Source: Candidatus Eiseniibacteriota bacterium (GTDB lineage Bacteria > Eisenbacteria > RBG-16-71-46 > SZUA-252). From it: a DNA stretch of 64,000 bases. Below, piece by piece: positions 25,611-39,430 of the stretch. A model generated the notes under the pieces. It worked only from the letters and a program-made list of their open reading frames with translations. It was not told where the DNA came from and made no database searches. The stretch is taken from assembly GCA_963703225.1 (NCBI GenBank), contig OY969801.1, positions 928,001-992,000 on the forward strand, written 5' to 3'. The first letter of the stretch is position 1. Each line of letters opens with the position of its first letter. A program made the translations under genes and the position numbers.

Positions 25611-26909
25611 ATGTCGTGCCGAGTCGTGGTGGGCGCCCAGTGGGGCGATGAGGGGAAAGGGAAGATCGTCGACCTTCTGAGCCAGGAGGCCGACATCGTC
25701 GCGCGGTACCAGGGCGGTCCGAACGCCGGGCACACCGTCTGCGTCGGGGAGCGGCAGTTCGTACTCCACTTGATCCCGTCGGGGATCCTCCGCCCCCGCA
25801 CGATCTGCTACATCGGAAACGGCGTGGTCGTCGATCCCGACGCGCTCCGCGCGGAGCGGGAGACGCTCCTCAAGCAGGGCATCTCGGTCGAGGGGAGGCT
25901 CTTCGTCTCCGGCTCGGCCCATGTCATCCTCCCCGATCATCGGGTGCTCGAGCGGCGGGACGAGGCCGGGCAGAGCCCGATCGGCACCACGGGGCGCGGC
26001 ATCGGCCCGGCGTATACCGATAAGGCGGGCCGGGTGGGGCTTCGGGTGGTCGACCTGCTCGAGCGCGAGACCCGCGAGGAGCGCGTGCGTCGGCTCCGCG
26101 AGCGGACGCTCCGCATGGTCGGCCCGGACGCCACGGTCGAGCCGCTCGACGAGGTCTTGGCGAAATGCGAAGCCGACGCGGAGCTATTTCGCCCCATCGT
26201 CGCCAACGTCTCGCGCGAGGTGAACGCCGCGCTGGCCGCCGGGAAGCGGATCCTTCTCGAAGGCGCGCAGGGGACCCACCTCGATCTGGATCACGGCACC
26301 TACCCCTTCGTCACCTCCTCGAGCGCGGTATCCGGCGGCGCCTGCACGGGCGTCGGGATCGGCCCGACCCACATCGACGAAGTGATCGGCGTGGCCAAGG
26401 CCTACGCGACCCGGGTGGGGAACGGACCCTTCCCCTCGGAGATCACGGGGGAGATGGCCGACCGGCTGCGGGAGGAAGGGAACGAGTATGGAGCGACGAC
26501 GGGGAGGCCTCGCCGCTGCGGCTGGTTCGACGCCGTGGCGATCCGCCACGCCGCTCGGGTCAACGGGCTCACCCAGCTCGTGATCACCAAGCTCGACGTC
26601 CTCGACGCGCTGCCTGAGATCCAGGCCGTCACGGCGTACGACGTTCGCGGCGTCCGCGTCACCGAGATGCCGGAGTCGCTCGCCGACCTGCGCGACGCGA
26701 GGCCGGTGCACGAGCGCTTCCAGGGCTGGCAGACCCCGACGATCCGCGCGCGCCAGTGGGACGACCTGCCTCGCGAAGCGCGACGCTACCTCGACCGATT
26801 GGAGGAGCTGGCCGGCGTCTCGATCCGGCTCGTTTCGGTCGGCTCGGGGCGGGACGAGAACGTCCAGCGATTCGCCAATCCTCGGCCGTCGACGATTCCG
26901 GGGCGGTAG
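25611..26909 (+). CDS. purA: Adenylosuccinate synthetase
   Basis: GAQWGDEGKGK, GGPNAGHT, EGAQG, GTYPFVTSS, GATTGRPRRCGW. Confidence 0.97.
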   Translation: MSCRVVVGAQWGDEGKGKIVDLLSQEADIVARYQGGPNAGHTVCVGERQFVLHLIPSGILRPRTICYIGNGVVVDPDALRAERETLLKQGISVEGRLFVSGSAHVILPDHRVLERRDEAGQSPIGTTGRGIGPAYTDKAGRVGLRVVDLLERETREERVRRLRERTLRMVGPDATVEPLDEVLAKCEADAELFRPIVANVSREVNAALAAGKRILLEGAQGTHLDLDHGTYPFVTSSSAVSGGACTGVGIGPTHIDEVIGVAKAYATRVGNGPFPSEITGEMADRLREEGNEYGATTGRPRRCGWFDAVAIRHAARVNGLTQLVITKLDVLDALPEIQAVTAYDVRGVRVTEMPESLADLRDARPVHERFQGWQTPTIRARQWDDLPREARRYLDRLEELAGVSIRLVSVGSGRDENVQRFANPRPSTIPGR

Positions 26910-27075
26910 CGACCACAACCCGGCCCGGCAGGGATGGCCCTCGACAGGGACCGGGTCAGCCTGCTATAAACACCTGTTCTCAGGGGGCTCCACACATCGC
27001 CGGGCGATGAAGCGCCTGCCACCCCCGCAGGCGGCCAACCCCACCAAAAGTCCAATCTCGAAGTGAGGAGACAAG

Positions 27076-29573
<2,498 letters not shown>

Positions 29574-29618
29574 CGGGGGAAGGTTAGCGGGGCGGGGCCG
29601 GCGCCGCGGCATACTCGA

Positions 29619-30269
29619 TCACCACTTCGCGATCCAGTCGGCGACAGCCTTGAAATCGGAAGGCATCAGGGAGTGGTCGGCGTCCGACCATCGCAGGTCG
29701 ACGGCAGCCCCCGCGCGCGTGAGGCGGTCGGCCAGCGCCTCGACCCGATCGTGCTCGGCGTAGGGGTCGCGGCGGCCCGCGGCGATCAGCACCTGCTTCT
29801 TCGAGAGGTCGGGAAGGCGCGGCGGCGTCGAGCGGCAGAATCGCGCGGAGCAAGGCAGCCCCAGCCAGCAGGGGGCCGTCGAGCAGAAGGAGCGCCGCGG
29901 CCATGTTGGCGCCGTTGGAATAGCCCAGGGCGCGCACGCGGGCGGGGTCAAATCCATAGTGCTCCGCGGCGGTCCGAACGAATTCCGCCCAGCTCGCCGG
30001 CCCGGCGAATCAGATCCACTTCATCGAATACGCCCACCGACAGCCGCCGGAAAAACCGGGGCATTCCCGTGTTCGAGAACTTGCCCGCGGGGCGAGAGCA
30101 AGTTGGCCCGGGGTGCGAGCTGCTTCCCCAACGGGACCAGGTCCTCCTCATCCCCTCCGGTTCCGTGCAATAGCAGGAGTGTGTCTCCGCTCGTCCCGGT
30201 CTCGTATCGGTGGATGAAGCCGAGATCGTCCTTCGCGCCGGATTTCGTGGTGGCGCCGCCGTTCGTCAT
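29619..30269 (-). CDS. Alpha/beta hydrolase (phospholipase/carboxylesterase, MhqD-like); several frameshifts
   Basis: [32 protein letters not shown] overlap with the dioxygenase gene. Confidence 0.85.
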
Positions 30270-31237
30270 CGGCCCTTCGCTGGTTCCGTGGCGTGGGGAG
30301 CCTTCAGCGGGGGCAACGCCGCTTCGATCTCCGAGCGCCGCGGCTCGAGCCAGGGCGGCAGGACAAGTGACTCGCCGAGGTGCGCCGGATCCTCGTCGAC
30401 GCCGAACCCCGGACCCTCGGTCGCGAGCTCGAAGAGGACGCCGCCAGGCTCCGTGAAGTAAACCGACTTGAACCAGAATCGGTCGATCACCGGGGTGGGC
30501 CGGCGCGCCGCGGCCTCCACGCGCTGCCGCATGGCCGCCTGATGCGCCTCGTCGTCCACACGCCACGCCAGATGGTGGATCGACCCGATGCCCCAGAAGC
30601 CGCGCGGCGCGTCGGGGGCCTCCGCGAGATCGACGAACGATCCGGAGCCTCCGTCGGCCAGGGCATATCGATGCCATCCTCCTTCGCTTCCGACGTGGTG
30701 GAATCCCATGACCTCGGTGAGGAAGGCCGTCGTGGGCCCTAGGTTCCGCTCCCGCAAACGGGCTCCATGGAGCCCCCGGACCTGCCGCTCCGCCGGCACG
30801 GGGCTCGAATCCCATGGCGTGAACGATCGACCCGGTGTGGGTCCGGTCTCAACCAAGGCGACCTCGAGCCCGTGCGGATCGGCGAAATGGAGCGCGTTCT
30901 CACCGAATCGGGCCATGGGGCCGCCGACGCCCGTACCGTAGTGTTCCAGGCGCGCGCTCCACCAAGCGAGGCTGCCTGCAGGAACCGCGAGGGCGACCTC
31001 GCTGGCGAGACCGTGGCCCGGTCGCGCCGGCGCCGCCTGGTGCCACGGGAAGAAGGTGAGGTCGGTGCCGGGATGTCCCTCGGCATCGGCGTAAAAGAGG
31101 TGGTAGGTGCCCGTGTCGTCCTGATTGACGCTCTTCTTGACGAGCTTCATGCCAAGGAGGCCGGCGTAGAAATCGAGATTCTCCTGCGCGGGGCCCGCGA
31201 TCGCGGTGACGTGGTGGAGCCCGGTGACGCTTTTCAT
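30266..31237 (-). CDS. Ring-cleaving dioxygenase (VOC family, MhqO-like)
   Basis: [40 protein letters not shown]. Confidence 0.92.
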   Translation of the reverse strand: MKSVTGLHHVTAIAGPAQENLDFYAGLLGMKLVKKSVNQDDTGTYHLFYADAEGHPGTDLTFFPWHQAAPARPGHGLASEVALAVPAGSLAWWSARLEHYGTGVGGPMARFGENALHFADPHGLEVALVETGPTPGRSFTPWDSSPVPAERQVRGLHGARLRERNLGPTTAFLTEVMGFHHVGSEGGWHRYALADGGSGSFVDLAEAPDAPRGFWGIGSIHHLAWRVDDEAHQAAMRQRVEAAARRPTPVIDRFWFKSVYFTEPGGVLFELATEGPGFGVDEDPAHLGESLVLPPWLEPRRSEIEAALPPLKAPHATEPAKGR

Positions 31238-31347
31238 CGTTCAAACCTCCTCGGGCCGGGGAGTCGCAGCCGGCCAGTTTTCATTAGATGCTCCGGGGTG
31301 CGATCGGGAGTCAATCGGCCCCGGGCGGGCTCCAAGGGCCCCGACCC

Positions 31348-32058
31348 TCACTCGGCGCGGAACCGGTAGCCCACGCCCGGCTCCGTGATCAGAAGCCGCG
31401 GCCGAGCGGGGTTTGCCTCGATCTTGTGCCTTAGCTGCGCCATGTAGACCCGCAGGTAGTGATGCTGGGTAGTGTACCCCGGCCCCCAGACCTCCCGGAG
31501 CAGGAAGTCATGGGTGAGCACCTTGCCCGCGTACCGAGCCAGGGTCGAGAGGAGGCGGTATTCGATCGGGGTGAGGCGGACCTCCGCACCCTTCAAAGAC
31601 ACCACCCGCCGCGCCAGATCGACCCGGAGCCCGCCCGTCTCCACGCTGCTCAGCTCCTCGCCGGTCTGGACGCGCGCGCGGTGTCGGAGAGCGACGCGCA
31701 TGCGCGCGAGAAGCTCCCCCATGGAAAAGGGCTTGGTCACGTAGTCGTCGGCGCCGAGGTCGAGCGCTTGGATCTTGTCGCGCTCCTGCCCCCGAGCCGA
31801 AAGGACAACGATCGGCGTGGCCGACCAGCCGCGCAGCTCCTTCACGATTTCAAGGCCATCCATGTCGGGAAGCCCGAGGTCGAGGAGCACAAGATCGGGG
31901 GACCGGGTCGAGGCCTGGGCTAGGCCGTCTTTGCCCGTGGCCGATTCCACCAAACGAAATCCATGGCTCTCCAGGCCGGTCCGCAGAAATTTTCGGATGG
32001 GGCCCTCGTCGTCGATGACGAGCACCAGCGGCTGGTTGGACGGGGAGGCGGGCCTCAC
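31348..32058 (-). CDS. kdpE: Response regulator KdpE
   Basis: LDLGLPDMDG, GADDYVTKPF, YLRVYMAQLRHK, TEPGVGYR; coupled to kdpD. Confidence 0.95.
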   Translation of the reverse strand: MRPASPSNQPLVLVIDDEGPIRKFLRTGLESHGFRLVESATGKDGLAQASTRSPDLVLLDLGLPDMDGLEIVKELRGWSATPIVVLSARGQERDKIQALDLGADDYVTKPFSMGELLARMRVALRHRARVQTGEELSSVETGGLRVDLARRVVSLKGAEVRLTPIEYRLLSTLARYAGKVLTHDFLLREVWGPGYTTQHHYLRVYMAQLRHKIEANPARPRLLITEPGVGYRFRAE

Positions 32059-34769
32059 GATCGTTCGGGGCCGGCCTTCTCGGCCGATTCCCGCTCCACC
32101 AGGGGCGGGTTGCCCTCCAGAGGAAGCATGACCGTGAATTCAGCCCCGCCTCCGGGGCGATTGGCCGCCGAAATCGATCCCTGATGGGCTTCCACAATTC
32201 CGCGACAGATCGCCAACCCGAGCCCGACCCCGGCCCGCTCCGCCGTGGCCGGCCCCCGATAGAACTTCTCGAACGCCCGATGCTCTTCGCCCGCGCGCAA
32301 TCCTGGGCCACGGTCGGCCACGGTAAACCGGAGGCGGTCCCCCTCGATCCGCCCCTTGACCTCGATCGGTAGCCCCGCGGGGCTGTACTTGTGGGCGTTT
32401 TCGAGGAGATTTCGCACGACCTGCTCGAAGAGCACGTCGTCCAGCGGCACGAGAGGGAGATCGTCCGGGATGTCGACCGCCACCGGGCGGTTGCCCAGCT
32501 CCGCTTCGAGCCGGCTGAGCGCCGCCCCGACCACTTCCTCCAGCGAATGCCACTCCTTTTGGACACGCAGCGCGCCTGACTCAAGCCGCGTCATTTCCAG
32601 CAGATCGCCGATCAGCCGGTTCAAGCGGCCCGCCTCGTCCGCGATCGTCTTGGCCAGCTCGCGCCGCGAGTCGTCATTCAGCTGCGGTGAGCCGTCCAAG
32701 AGACTGGTCGCGGCGCCGGTGATGGCCGCGAGGGGCGTTCGTAGATCGTGCGAAACGGAGCTCAGGAGGGCACTCCGGGCGCGCTCGGTCTCGGCTTCGG
32801 TGCGGGCGCGCTCGGCGGCGTCGGCGAGGAAGCACCGCTCCAGCGCGAGGGCCGCCTGACTCGCGAGCGCCTGGATGGTGCGGGCACTCTCGGGATCCCG
32901 GATCCGCCTCGGGTTGGCCGGATGAATGGAAAGGACCCCGAGCGAGCGATCCGACCCGGAGAGGGGAATGTGAATTCCGCGCGAGCCGGGCAGGCTCTGA
33001 GTGCCGAGCCCCGCGCTCTTTCGATTCTCGAAGGCCCATTGGGCCACCGTCCGCTCGTGCTCGCCGCCGCCAAAGAGGCCCGCGTCTCCCACGGCGACGG
33101 CCACGCGGCCATTCTCGTCCGGGAGGAGGATCGCGACGGACGACTCCAAGATTTCCGAAATGCGATCGACGGCCGATTCGAGCACCTCGCGGAGCGTGCT
33201 CCGCGCCGCCAGCTCGTGGCTCAGCCGGTAGAGCGACGCGGTGCGGCGCTGCTCCTGACGCGCGACGCTCAACTGATCCCGAAGCCGGGCCGTGAGCGTC
33301 CCGATCACCACGGCCACCATCAGCATGACGCCGAAGGTGACGAGGTATTGGGAATCGTCCACATGAAACGTGTATCGGGGAGGGACAAAGACGAAATCGA
33401 AGGTGAGTACGGCGAGAATCGAAGCCGCGATCGCGGGACCTCTACCGAATGCCATGGCGGCGACCACCACTCCCACGAGGTAGACCATCGCGAGGTTGGA
33501 AAGATCGAACGTGCGGTACATGGCCGCGGCGACTCCCGAGCAGAGGGCGACGACCAGGAGCGTGCCGGGATACCCTCTCCAGGCGATGCGGGGGCGCGCC
33601 GGTCGAGCAGGCTCGGGGCGCTCCGTTTCCTCCTCTCCGCGGATGACCCAGACGTCGGCATCCCCGTGTCGCGAAAGATCCAAGGCCAGGGACCGCCCGA
33701 AGACGTCAAGCCAGCGCGGTCGACGGGACTGCCCGACAACGATTCGTGAAACGTTTCTTGTCCGCGCGTAGGCCAGGATCTCGTCAGCCACGCGAAGCCC
33801 GGTCAAGACCTGCGTCTCGGCTCCCATCTCAAATGCGAAGTCGAGGACGCCGACGATGTAATCGCGATCGGTGCGCGTCTCTAAGAGCTGCCCCGGTGTC
33901 TCCACATGGACGACGATCCAGTCGGCGCGGAGCGCCCCCGCGAGGCGTCGGGCGGCACGGACCAGGCGGACGCCCGTCGCGGGGTCTCCGATGCAAACGA
34001 GAATCCGCTCGCGGACGGCCCATGGATCGGCGATTCCCTCCGCGCGACGGTAGGTCTCCATCTGCGCGTCCACGCGCTGGGCGGTCTGGCGCAGCGCCAG
34101 CTCACGGAGCGCGATCAGATTTCCCTTACGGAAGAAATTCTCGCGCGCCCACTCGGCCTGCTCCGGGATGTAGACCTTGCCCTCGTGGAGGCGCTGAAGG
34201 AGGTCGTCCGGGGGGAGATCGATCATCTCGATTTCGTCGGCGCGGTCGAGGAACAAATCGGGCACCGACTCTCGAATTGTGACCCCGGTGATGTCGTTGA
34301 CGACGTCGACCAGACTCTCGACGTGCTGGACGTTGAGCGTGGTATAGACGTCGATACCGGCGGCCAAGAGCTCTTCCACGTCTTGCCAGCGTTTTCTGTG
34401 GCGCACGCCCGGGGCGTTGGTGTGGGCCAACTCGTCAATCAGGAGGATCTTGGGCCGGCGGGCAAGTGCCGCGTCGATGTCGAATTCCTGGACCCGAGTG
34501 CCGCGGTATTCCACCGCCCGCCTGGGTATCACTTCGAGTCCCTCGAGGAGGGACTCGGTCTCCCGGCGGCCGTGGGTTTCGGCAAGGCCGACGACGACGT
34601 CGATGCCGGCGCGCTTGCGCTCGTGTGCCTCGCTGAGCATCGAATAGGTCTTCCCGACGCCGGCGCACGCGCCGAAGAAGATCTTGAGCTTGGCGCGGCT
34701 AAGGCGTTCCTCTTCCGCCCGGGCGCGCGCGAGGAATTCCTCCGGGCTCGGCCTATTCGATTCGCGCAT
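32055..34769 (-). CDS. kdpD: Sensor kinase KdpD
   Basis: GVGKTYSML, DELAHTN, TTLNVQH, Usp domain, 4 TM, GAF, SHDLRTPL, HATPase. Confidence 0.96.
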   Translation of the reverse strand: MRESNRPSPEEFLARARAEEERLSRAKLKIFFGACAGVGKTYSMLSEAHERKRAGIDVVVGLAETHGRRETESLLEGLEVIPRRAVEYRGTRVQEFDIDAALARRPKILLIDELAHTNAPGVRHRKRWQDVEELLAAGIDVYTTLNVQHVESLVDVVNDITGVTIRESVPDLFLDRADEIEMIDLPPDDLLQRLHEGKVYIPEQAEWARENFFRKGNLIALRELALRQTAQRVDAQMETYRRAEGIADPWAVRERILVCIGDPATGVRLVRAARRLAGALRADWIVVHVETPGQLLETRTDRDYIVGVLDFAFEMGAETQVLTGLRVADEILAYARTRNVSRIVVGQSRRPRWLDVFGRSLALDLSRHGDADVWVIRGEEETERPEPARPARPRIAWRGYPGTLLVVALCSGVAAAMYRTFDLSNLAMVYLVGVVVAAMAFGRGPAIAASILAVLTFDFVFVPPRYTFHVDDSQYLVTFGVMLMVAVVIGTLTARLRDQLSVARQEQRRTASLYRLSHELAARSTLREVLESAVDRISEILESSVAILLPDENGRVAVAVGDAGLFGGGEHERTVAQWAFENRKSAGLGTQSLPGSRGIHIPLSGSDRSLGVLSIHPANPRRIRDPESARTIQALASQAALALERCFLADAAERARTEAETERARSALLSSVSHDLRTPLAAITGAATSLLDGSPQLNDDSRRELAKTIADEAGRLNRLIGDLLEMTRLESGALRVQKEWHSLEEVVGAALSRLEAELGNRPVAVDIPDDLPLVPLDDVLFEQVVRNLLENAHKYSPAGLPIEVKGRIEGDRLRFTVADRGPGLRAGEEHRAFEKFYRGPATAERAGVGLGLAICRGIVEAHQGSISAANRPGGGAEFTVMLPLEGNPPLVERESAEKAGPERS

Positions 34770-34810
34770 GGGGTTCCCCGAGGGTAGCACACGCCACCCT
34801 GGGTGCGCGA

Positions 34811-35407
34811 TCAGCCGCCGTTGGCTCCCAGTCGCCCGAACCGCTTGTCGAGTGCGAGGTTCAAGAGGAGCACATTCACTCGAGGCTCTCCCAGAAAGCC
34901 CAGATCGCGCCCCTCGACGTGCGCATCGATGAGGGCTTCGATCTGGGAAGGCGGGACCCCGCGCGAGGCGGCGATGCGGGGCACCTGCCAGCGCGCGGCC
35001 TCCGGGCTCACATGAGGGTCGAGGCCGCTCGCCGAGGCCGTCACCAGGTCGATCGGCACGGGGCCGGGTGCCAGTGGATTCTCCGCGGCGAGCCGCTCCA
35101 GGTCGCCGGCTACCCGATCGTGCAGCTTCTTCGAGGTGGGCCCCAGATTGGATCCACCGGACGCCATCGGGTCGTATCCGTCAGACCCCGCGGCGGAGGG
35201 ACGTCCTTGGAAATACGCCGGCGCGGCAAACCGCTGACCGATCAACTCGGACCCGACGATCCGCCCATCGACGCGGATCATGCTGCCGTTGGACCGGTGG
35301 GGGAAGAGAGCCTGTGCGAATCCCGTGACCGCGAGTGGATAGAGGATCCCGGTCAAAAGCAGCGTCGCGAGCGTCATCCTGAATGCGATTATCAATTCGC
35401 GCTTCAC
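34811..35407 (-). CDS. kdpC: K+-transporting ATPase subunit C
   Basis: [38 protein letters not shown]. Confidence 0.96.
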   Translation of the reverse strand: MKRELIIAFRMTLATLLLTGILYPLAVTGFAQALFPHRSNGSMIRVDGRIVGSELIGQRFAAPAYFQGRPSAAGSDGYDPMASGGSNLGPTSKKLHDRVAGDLERLAAENPLAPGPVPIDLVTASASGLDPHVSPEAARWQVPRIAASRGVPPSQIEALIDAHVEGRDLGFLGEPRVNVLLLNLALDKRFGRLGANGG

Positions 35408-35419
35408 GAGGGGGCCCCC

Positions 35420-37471
35420 TTACCGAAGTCCAATGAGTCCGAGCGCCAGGTCGATCAACTTGATTCCCGCGAAGGGCACCAAGACGCCGCCCAGTCCGTA
35501 GACGACCAGGGAGCGACGCAAGAGCGCCGCCGCGCCGAGCGGCCGGTAACTGACGCCGCGGAGCGCCAGCGGGATCAGGAGCACGATGATGAGCGCGTTG
35601 AAGATCACCGCCGAGAGAATCGCGCTATACGGCGAGGCGAGACGCATCACATTGAGCGGCGCGATCTCAGGATAGACAGCCAGGAACATCGCTGGAAGAA
35701 TCGCGAAATACTTCGCCACGTCATTCGCGATCGAGAAGGTCGTCAGGCACCCCCTCGTCATGAGGAGCTGCTTGCCCACCTCAACCACTTCCAGGAGCTT
35801 GGTGGGATTGCTGTCGAGATCGACCATGTTTCCGGCTTCGCGCGCGGCTTGGGTTCCCGTGTTCATGGCGAGAGCGACATCTGCCTGGGCGAGCGCCGGA
35901 GCGTCATTGGTTCCGTCGCCGGTCATGGCGACCAGCTTTCCCTTCCGCTGCTCGGTCCGGATCAGCGTGAGCTTCATTTCGGGCGTGGCCTCGGCCAGAA
36001 AGTCGTCCACCCCCGCCTCCGCGGCGATGGAAGCGGCCGTCAGGGGATTGTCCCCGGTGATCATGACCGTGCGAAGCCCCATGGCGCGGAAACGGGCGAA
36101 TCGCTCATGGATGCCGCCCTTCACCACGTCTTTGAGAAAGATCACGCCCAGAATCTTCGGACCGTCGGAGACGACGAGCGGCGTGCCGCCCGAGCGCGAG
36201 ATGCTCAGGACGGCCTGCTCCACCTCTGGGGCGACGGTGCCGCCGAGCGCCGCCACGTGCCGCGCGATCGCATCGGCCGCTCCCTTTCGGATGATCCGGT
36301 CGCCCAGGTCGCACCCACTCATCCGCGTCTGCGCGGAGAAGGGAACGAAGCGTGCTTCGGGCTGCGCCAGCTCGCGCCCCCGGAGCCCGTACTCCTGCTT
36401 TGCCAGGACCACAATCGATCGCCCCTCCGGCGTCTCGTCCGCCAAGCTCGCGAGCTGGGCCGCGTCGGCGAGATGTTCCACCTTCACCCCCGGTGCGGGT
36501 GTGAAGGCCGCGGCCATGCGATTTCCGAGCGTGATCGTGCCCGTCTTGTCGAGGAGGATCGTGTCGATGTCACCGGCGGCCTCCACCGCGCGCCCACTGG
36601 TCGGGATCACGTTGTGCCGGATGAGTCGGTCCATGCCCGCGATGCCGATGGCCGAGAGGAGCCCGCCGATCGTGGTGGGGATGAGGCAAACGAGGAGCGC
36701 GACGACCGCGGCGATGGATAGCCTGGTGCCGGAGTAGATCCCGAAAGGCACCAAGGTCACGCACGCGACAAGAAAGATGATCGTCATGCCCGAGAGAAGG
36801 ACATGGAGCGCGATCTCATTTGGCGTTTTTTGGCGCTTCGCGCCCTCGACCAATCCGATGATTCGATCCAGGAACGTCTCACCAGGGTCCGCCGAGATGC
36901 GAACCACGATCCGATCGGAAAGAACCTTGGTCCCGCCGGTCACAGCCGAGCGATCGCCTCCGCTCTCCCGGATGACCGGTGCCGATTCACCGGTCACGGC
37001 GGACTCGTCGACCGATGCGATTCCCTCGATCACTTCGCCATCGCCCGGGATGGTCTGGTTCGCCTCGACGACGACGACATCGCCCTTGCGCAGGGAGGAT
37101 GCCGGCACGCTCTCCTCGCGTCCCTTGACGAGGCGACGCGCCACTGTCTCGCGCCTCAGGCCGCGCAGCGCGGCCGCCTGCGCCTTTCCACGACCCTCCG
37201 CCACGGCTTCGGCGAAATTCGCGAAGATCACCGTGAACCAGAGCCAGAGGGCGACCTGGCCGGTGAACCAGGCGGGGGGCGCCGACGGAGAGGGCGCGGC
37301 GAGGTCCAAGAGCCAGAGGCTCGTCGTGAGCACGCTTCCGACTTCGACCACGAACATGACGGGATTGCGGGCCATGACCCGCGGATCGAGCTTCCGGATG
37401 CTCTCGAGCACCGCGCTCTTCAAGAGCGCTGCGTTCCAGGTGGATACTGCGCGCGCGTCCTTACCAGTCAT
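35420..37471 (-). CDS. kdpB: K+-transporting ATPase subunit B
   Basis: [29 protein letters not shown]. Confidence 0.97.
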   Translation of the reverse strand: MTGKDARAVSTWNAALLKSAVLESIRKLDPRVMARNPVMFVVEVGSVLTTSLWLLDLAAPSPSAPPAWFTGQVALWLWFTVIFANFAEAVAEGRGKAQAAALRGLRRETVARRLVKGREESVPASSLRKGDVVVVEANQTIPGDGEVIEGIASVDESAVTGESAPVIRESGGDRSAVTGGTKVLSDRIVVRISADPGETFLDRIIGLVEGAKRQKTPNEIALHVLLSGMTIIFLVACVTLVPFGIYSGTRLSIAAVVALLVCLIPTTIGGLLSAIGIAGMDRLIRHNVIPTSGRAVEAAGDIDTILLDKTGTITLGNRMAAAFTPAPGVKVEHLADAAQLASLADETPEGRSIVVLAKQEYGLRGRELAQPEARFVPFSAQTRMSGCDLGDRIIRKGAADAIARHVAALGGTVAPEVEQAVLSISRSGGTPLVVSDGPKILGVIFLKDVVKGGIHERFARFRAMGLRTVMITGDNPLTAASIAAEAGVDDFLAEATPEMKLTLIRTEQRKGKLVAMTGDGTNDAPALAQADVALAMNTGTQAAREAGNMVDLDSNPTKLLEVVEVGKQLLMTRGCLTTFSIANDVAKYFAILPAMFLAVYPEIAPLNVMRLASPYSAILSAVIFNALIIVLLIPLALRGVSYRPLGAAALLRRSLVVYGLGGVLVPFAGIKLIDLALGLIGLR

Positions 37472-37475
37472 TGGA

Positions 37476-39194
37476 CTAGAAGGTCCTTCCGGCGTGGACC
37501 AGGAAGTGCTCCACGACCGGCCCCAGACTCAGCACCGGGAAGAAGGTCAGCGCGCCGACGATCACGATGACCCCCACCAGCAGAACGGCGAACAAGGGCC
37601 CGGTGGTGGGAAGCGTACCCGGGCTGGGCGGGACGGCCTTCTTCCCCGCGAGGATCCCTGCGATGGCGACGGCGGGTAACATCATCCAGAATCGGCCGAT
37701 CAACATGGTGAGGCCGAGGGTGACGTTGTACCAGGGCGTGTTGGCGTTGAGGCCGGCGAACGCGGAACCGTTGTTGCCGGCGGCGCTCGTGAAAGCGTAG
37801 AGGATCTCGCTCAGTCCGTGCGGGCCGGCGTTGTTCAATGACGAGAGCCCCTTGGGAATGACGGCGGACCATGCGGCGAGGACGAGAATCACGAGCGGGA
37901 ACACGAGGACGTATAGCATCGCGAGCTTCACTTCCTTCGTCTCCACTTTCTTGCCGAGGTATTCCGGAGTTCGACCGACCATGAGCCCGGCGATGAAGAC
38001 CGATAGAATCGCCATGACCAGCATGCCGTACAGCCCGGCGCCGACGCCTCCAAAGACCACCTCTCCGAGCTGGATGTTGAACAGGGGAACCAATCCGCCG
38101 AGCGGCGTGAAGCTGTCATGCATCGCGTTCACGGCGCCGCAGGAAGCATCGGTGGTGACGGTGGCGTAGAGCGCGGAGCTCGCCACGCCGAACCGCACCT
38201 CCTTGCCCTCCATGTTGCCCAGGCCGGGCGCCGCGCCCATCTGGGCCACGATGGAATTCCCGCTCGACTCGGCCCAGTAGGCGGCGCCGACTCCAGCGAA
38301 GAAGAGGATGGCCATGGCGCCGAAGAGGGCCCAACCCTGACGTTGGTCGCCCGCCATCCGACCGAACATGAACGTCAGCCCCGCCGGAATGGAGAAGATC
38401 ATGAACAGGGAGAGGAAATTGGCCAGCGGATTCGGGTTTTCAAAGGGATGCGCCGCGTTGGCGTTGAAGAACCCACCCCCGTTCGTGCCAAGCTGTTTGA
38501 TGGCCTCCTGAGACGCCACCGGCCCCATGGGAATCAGCTGCCGGCCCCCCTCAAGCGTGACGACCTGCTGGTACGGGGCCAAATTCTGGATCGCCCCTTG
38601 CGAGACAAGCGCCAGGGCGAACACGAGGCTCAGAGGCAGCAGGATGTAGACCGTCGCTCGCGTGAGATCGACCCAGAGGTTGCCGATCGTGCCCGGTCCC
38701 TGCCCCTCACCGCGTCGCGTCAGCCCGCGCGCGAGTGCCACGGCCACCGCGATTCCGGCGGCCGCGGAGATGAAGTTGTGCCAGGCAAGGCCCGCCATCT
38801 GGGTGAAGTAGCTCATCGTCGCCTCACCCGCGTAGCCCTGCCAATTGGTGTTCGTCGTGAAGCTGGCCGCGGTGTTGAACGCCGACGTAGCCTCGACCGG
38901 GCCGAGGTGCTGCGGGTTGAGCGGGAGCAGATGCTGAAGACGCTGGATCGCATACGTCACAAGGAGCGTGAAGGCGCTGAACGCCAGGAGACCGCCCGCG
39001 TAGGCAGTCCACGACTGTTCCCGGCCGTCCACCCCCGTCAGCCGATAGATGAGGCGCTCGAGCCAGCCGAGCGGCCGCTTTAGGAAGTGGTCCCGCCCTT
39101 CGAGCACGCGATAGAGAAGCCGCCCCATCGGCGCGGTGACGAGCAGGATGGCGATGAAGAATACGAGAATCTGAATCCAGCCGTTTGAAGTCAC
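37476..39194 (-). CDS. kdpA: K+-transporting ATPase subunit A
   Basis: [27 protein letters not shown]. Confidence 0.97.
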   Translation of the reverse strand: MTSNGWIQILVFFIAILLVTAPMGRLLYRVLEGRDHFLKRPLGWLERLIYRLTGVDGREQSWTAYAGGLLAFSAFTLLVTYAIQRLQHLLPLNPQHLGPVEATSAFNTAASFTTNTNWQGYAGEATMSYFTQMAGLAWHNFISAAAGIAVAVALARGLTRRGEGQGPGTIGNLWVDLTRATVYILLPLSLVFALALVSQGAIQNLAPYQQVVTLEGGRQLIPMGPVASQEAIKQLGTNGGGFFNANAAHPFENPNPLANFLSLFMIFSIPAGLTFMFGRMAGDQRQGWALFGAMAILFFAGVGAAYWAESSGNSIVAQMGAAPGLGNMEGKEVRFGVASSALYATVTTDASCGAVNAMHDSFTPLGGLVPLFNIQLGEVVFGGVGAGLYGMLVMAILSVFIAGLMVGRTPEYLGKKVETKEVKLAMLYVLVFPLVILVLAAWSAVIPKGLSSLNNAGPHGLSEILYAFTSAAGNNGSAFAGLNANTPWYNVTLGLTMLIGRFWMMLPAVAIAGILAGKKAVPPSPGTLPTTGPLFAVLLVGVIVIVGALTFFPVLSLGPVVEHFLVHAGRTF

Positions 39195-39207
39195 TGCTCG
39201 GCTCTCC

Positions 39208-39297
39208 TCAGAACCGCTCGGGCTTCAGCAGGGCGTACGTGAGGTACGCCAGCAGCAGGACCGCGAGAATGAGGCCGATCGTGTATCCAGGAGTCAT
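39208..39297 (-). CDS. kdpF: KdpF subunit, 29 aa (below ORF-track cutoff)
   Basis: Hand translation MTPGYTIGLILAVLLLAYLTYALLKPERF; KdpF-type YL..ALL.PERF tail directly upstream of kdpA. Confidence 0.93.
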   Translation of the reverse strand: MTPGYTIGLILAVLLLAYLTYALLKPERF

Positions 39298-39307
39298 CGA
39301 TGCAGCC

Positions 39308-39391
39308 CTACACGCGCTCGCAGGCGCGAACATAGAGCCACGAGACGATGAAGAATAGGATGACAAGCGCGACGAACACGACGTCCATCAT
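39308..39391 (-). CDS. Second small hydrophobic kdp-associated peptide, 27 aa
   Basis: Hand translation MMDVVFVALVILFFIVSWLYVRACERV; GGGGAA SD; single TM helix; 10 nt from the kdpF start. Confidence 0.8.
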   Translation of the reverse strand: MMDVVFVALVILFFIVSWLYVRACERV

Positions 39392-39430
39392 GACCGTTCC
39401 CCAGGTGAACGCAGTTTGGTTGCCTCTCGA

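Noticed and set aside
27002..27060. Fluoride riboswitch before hppA (GGCGATG...CGCC)
   Set aside because: Loop too short and the downstream CTGATG...CTAC pseudoknot element is missing
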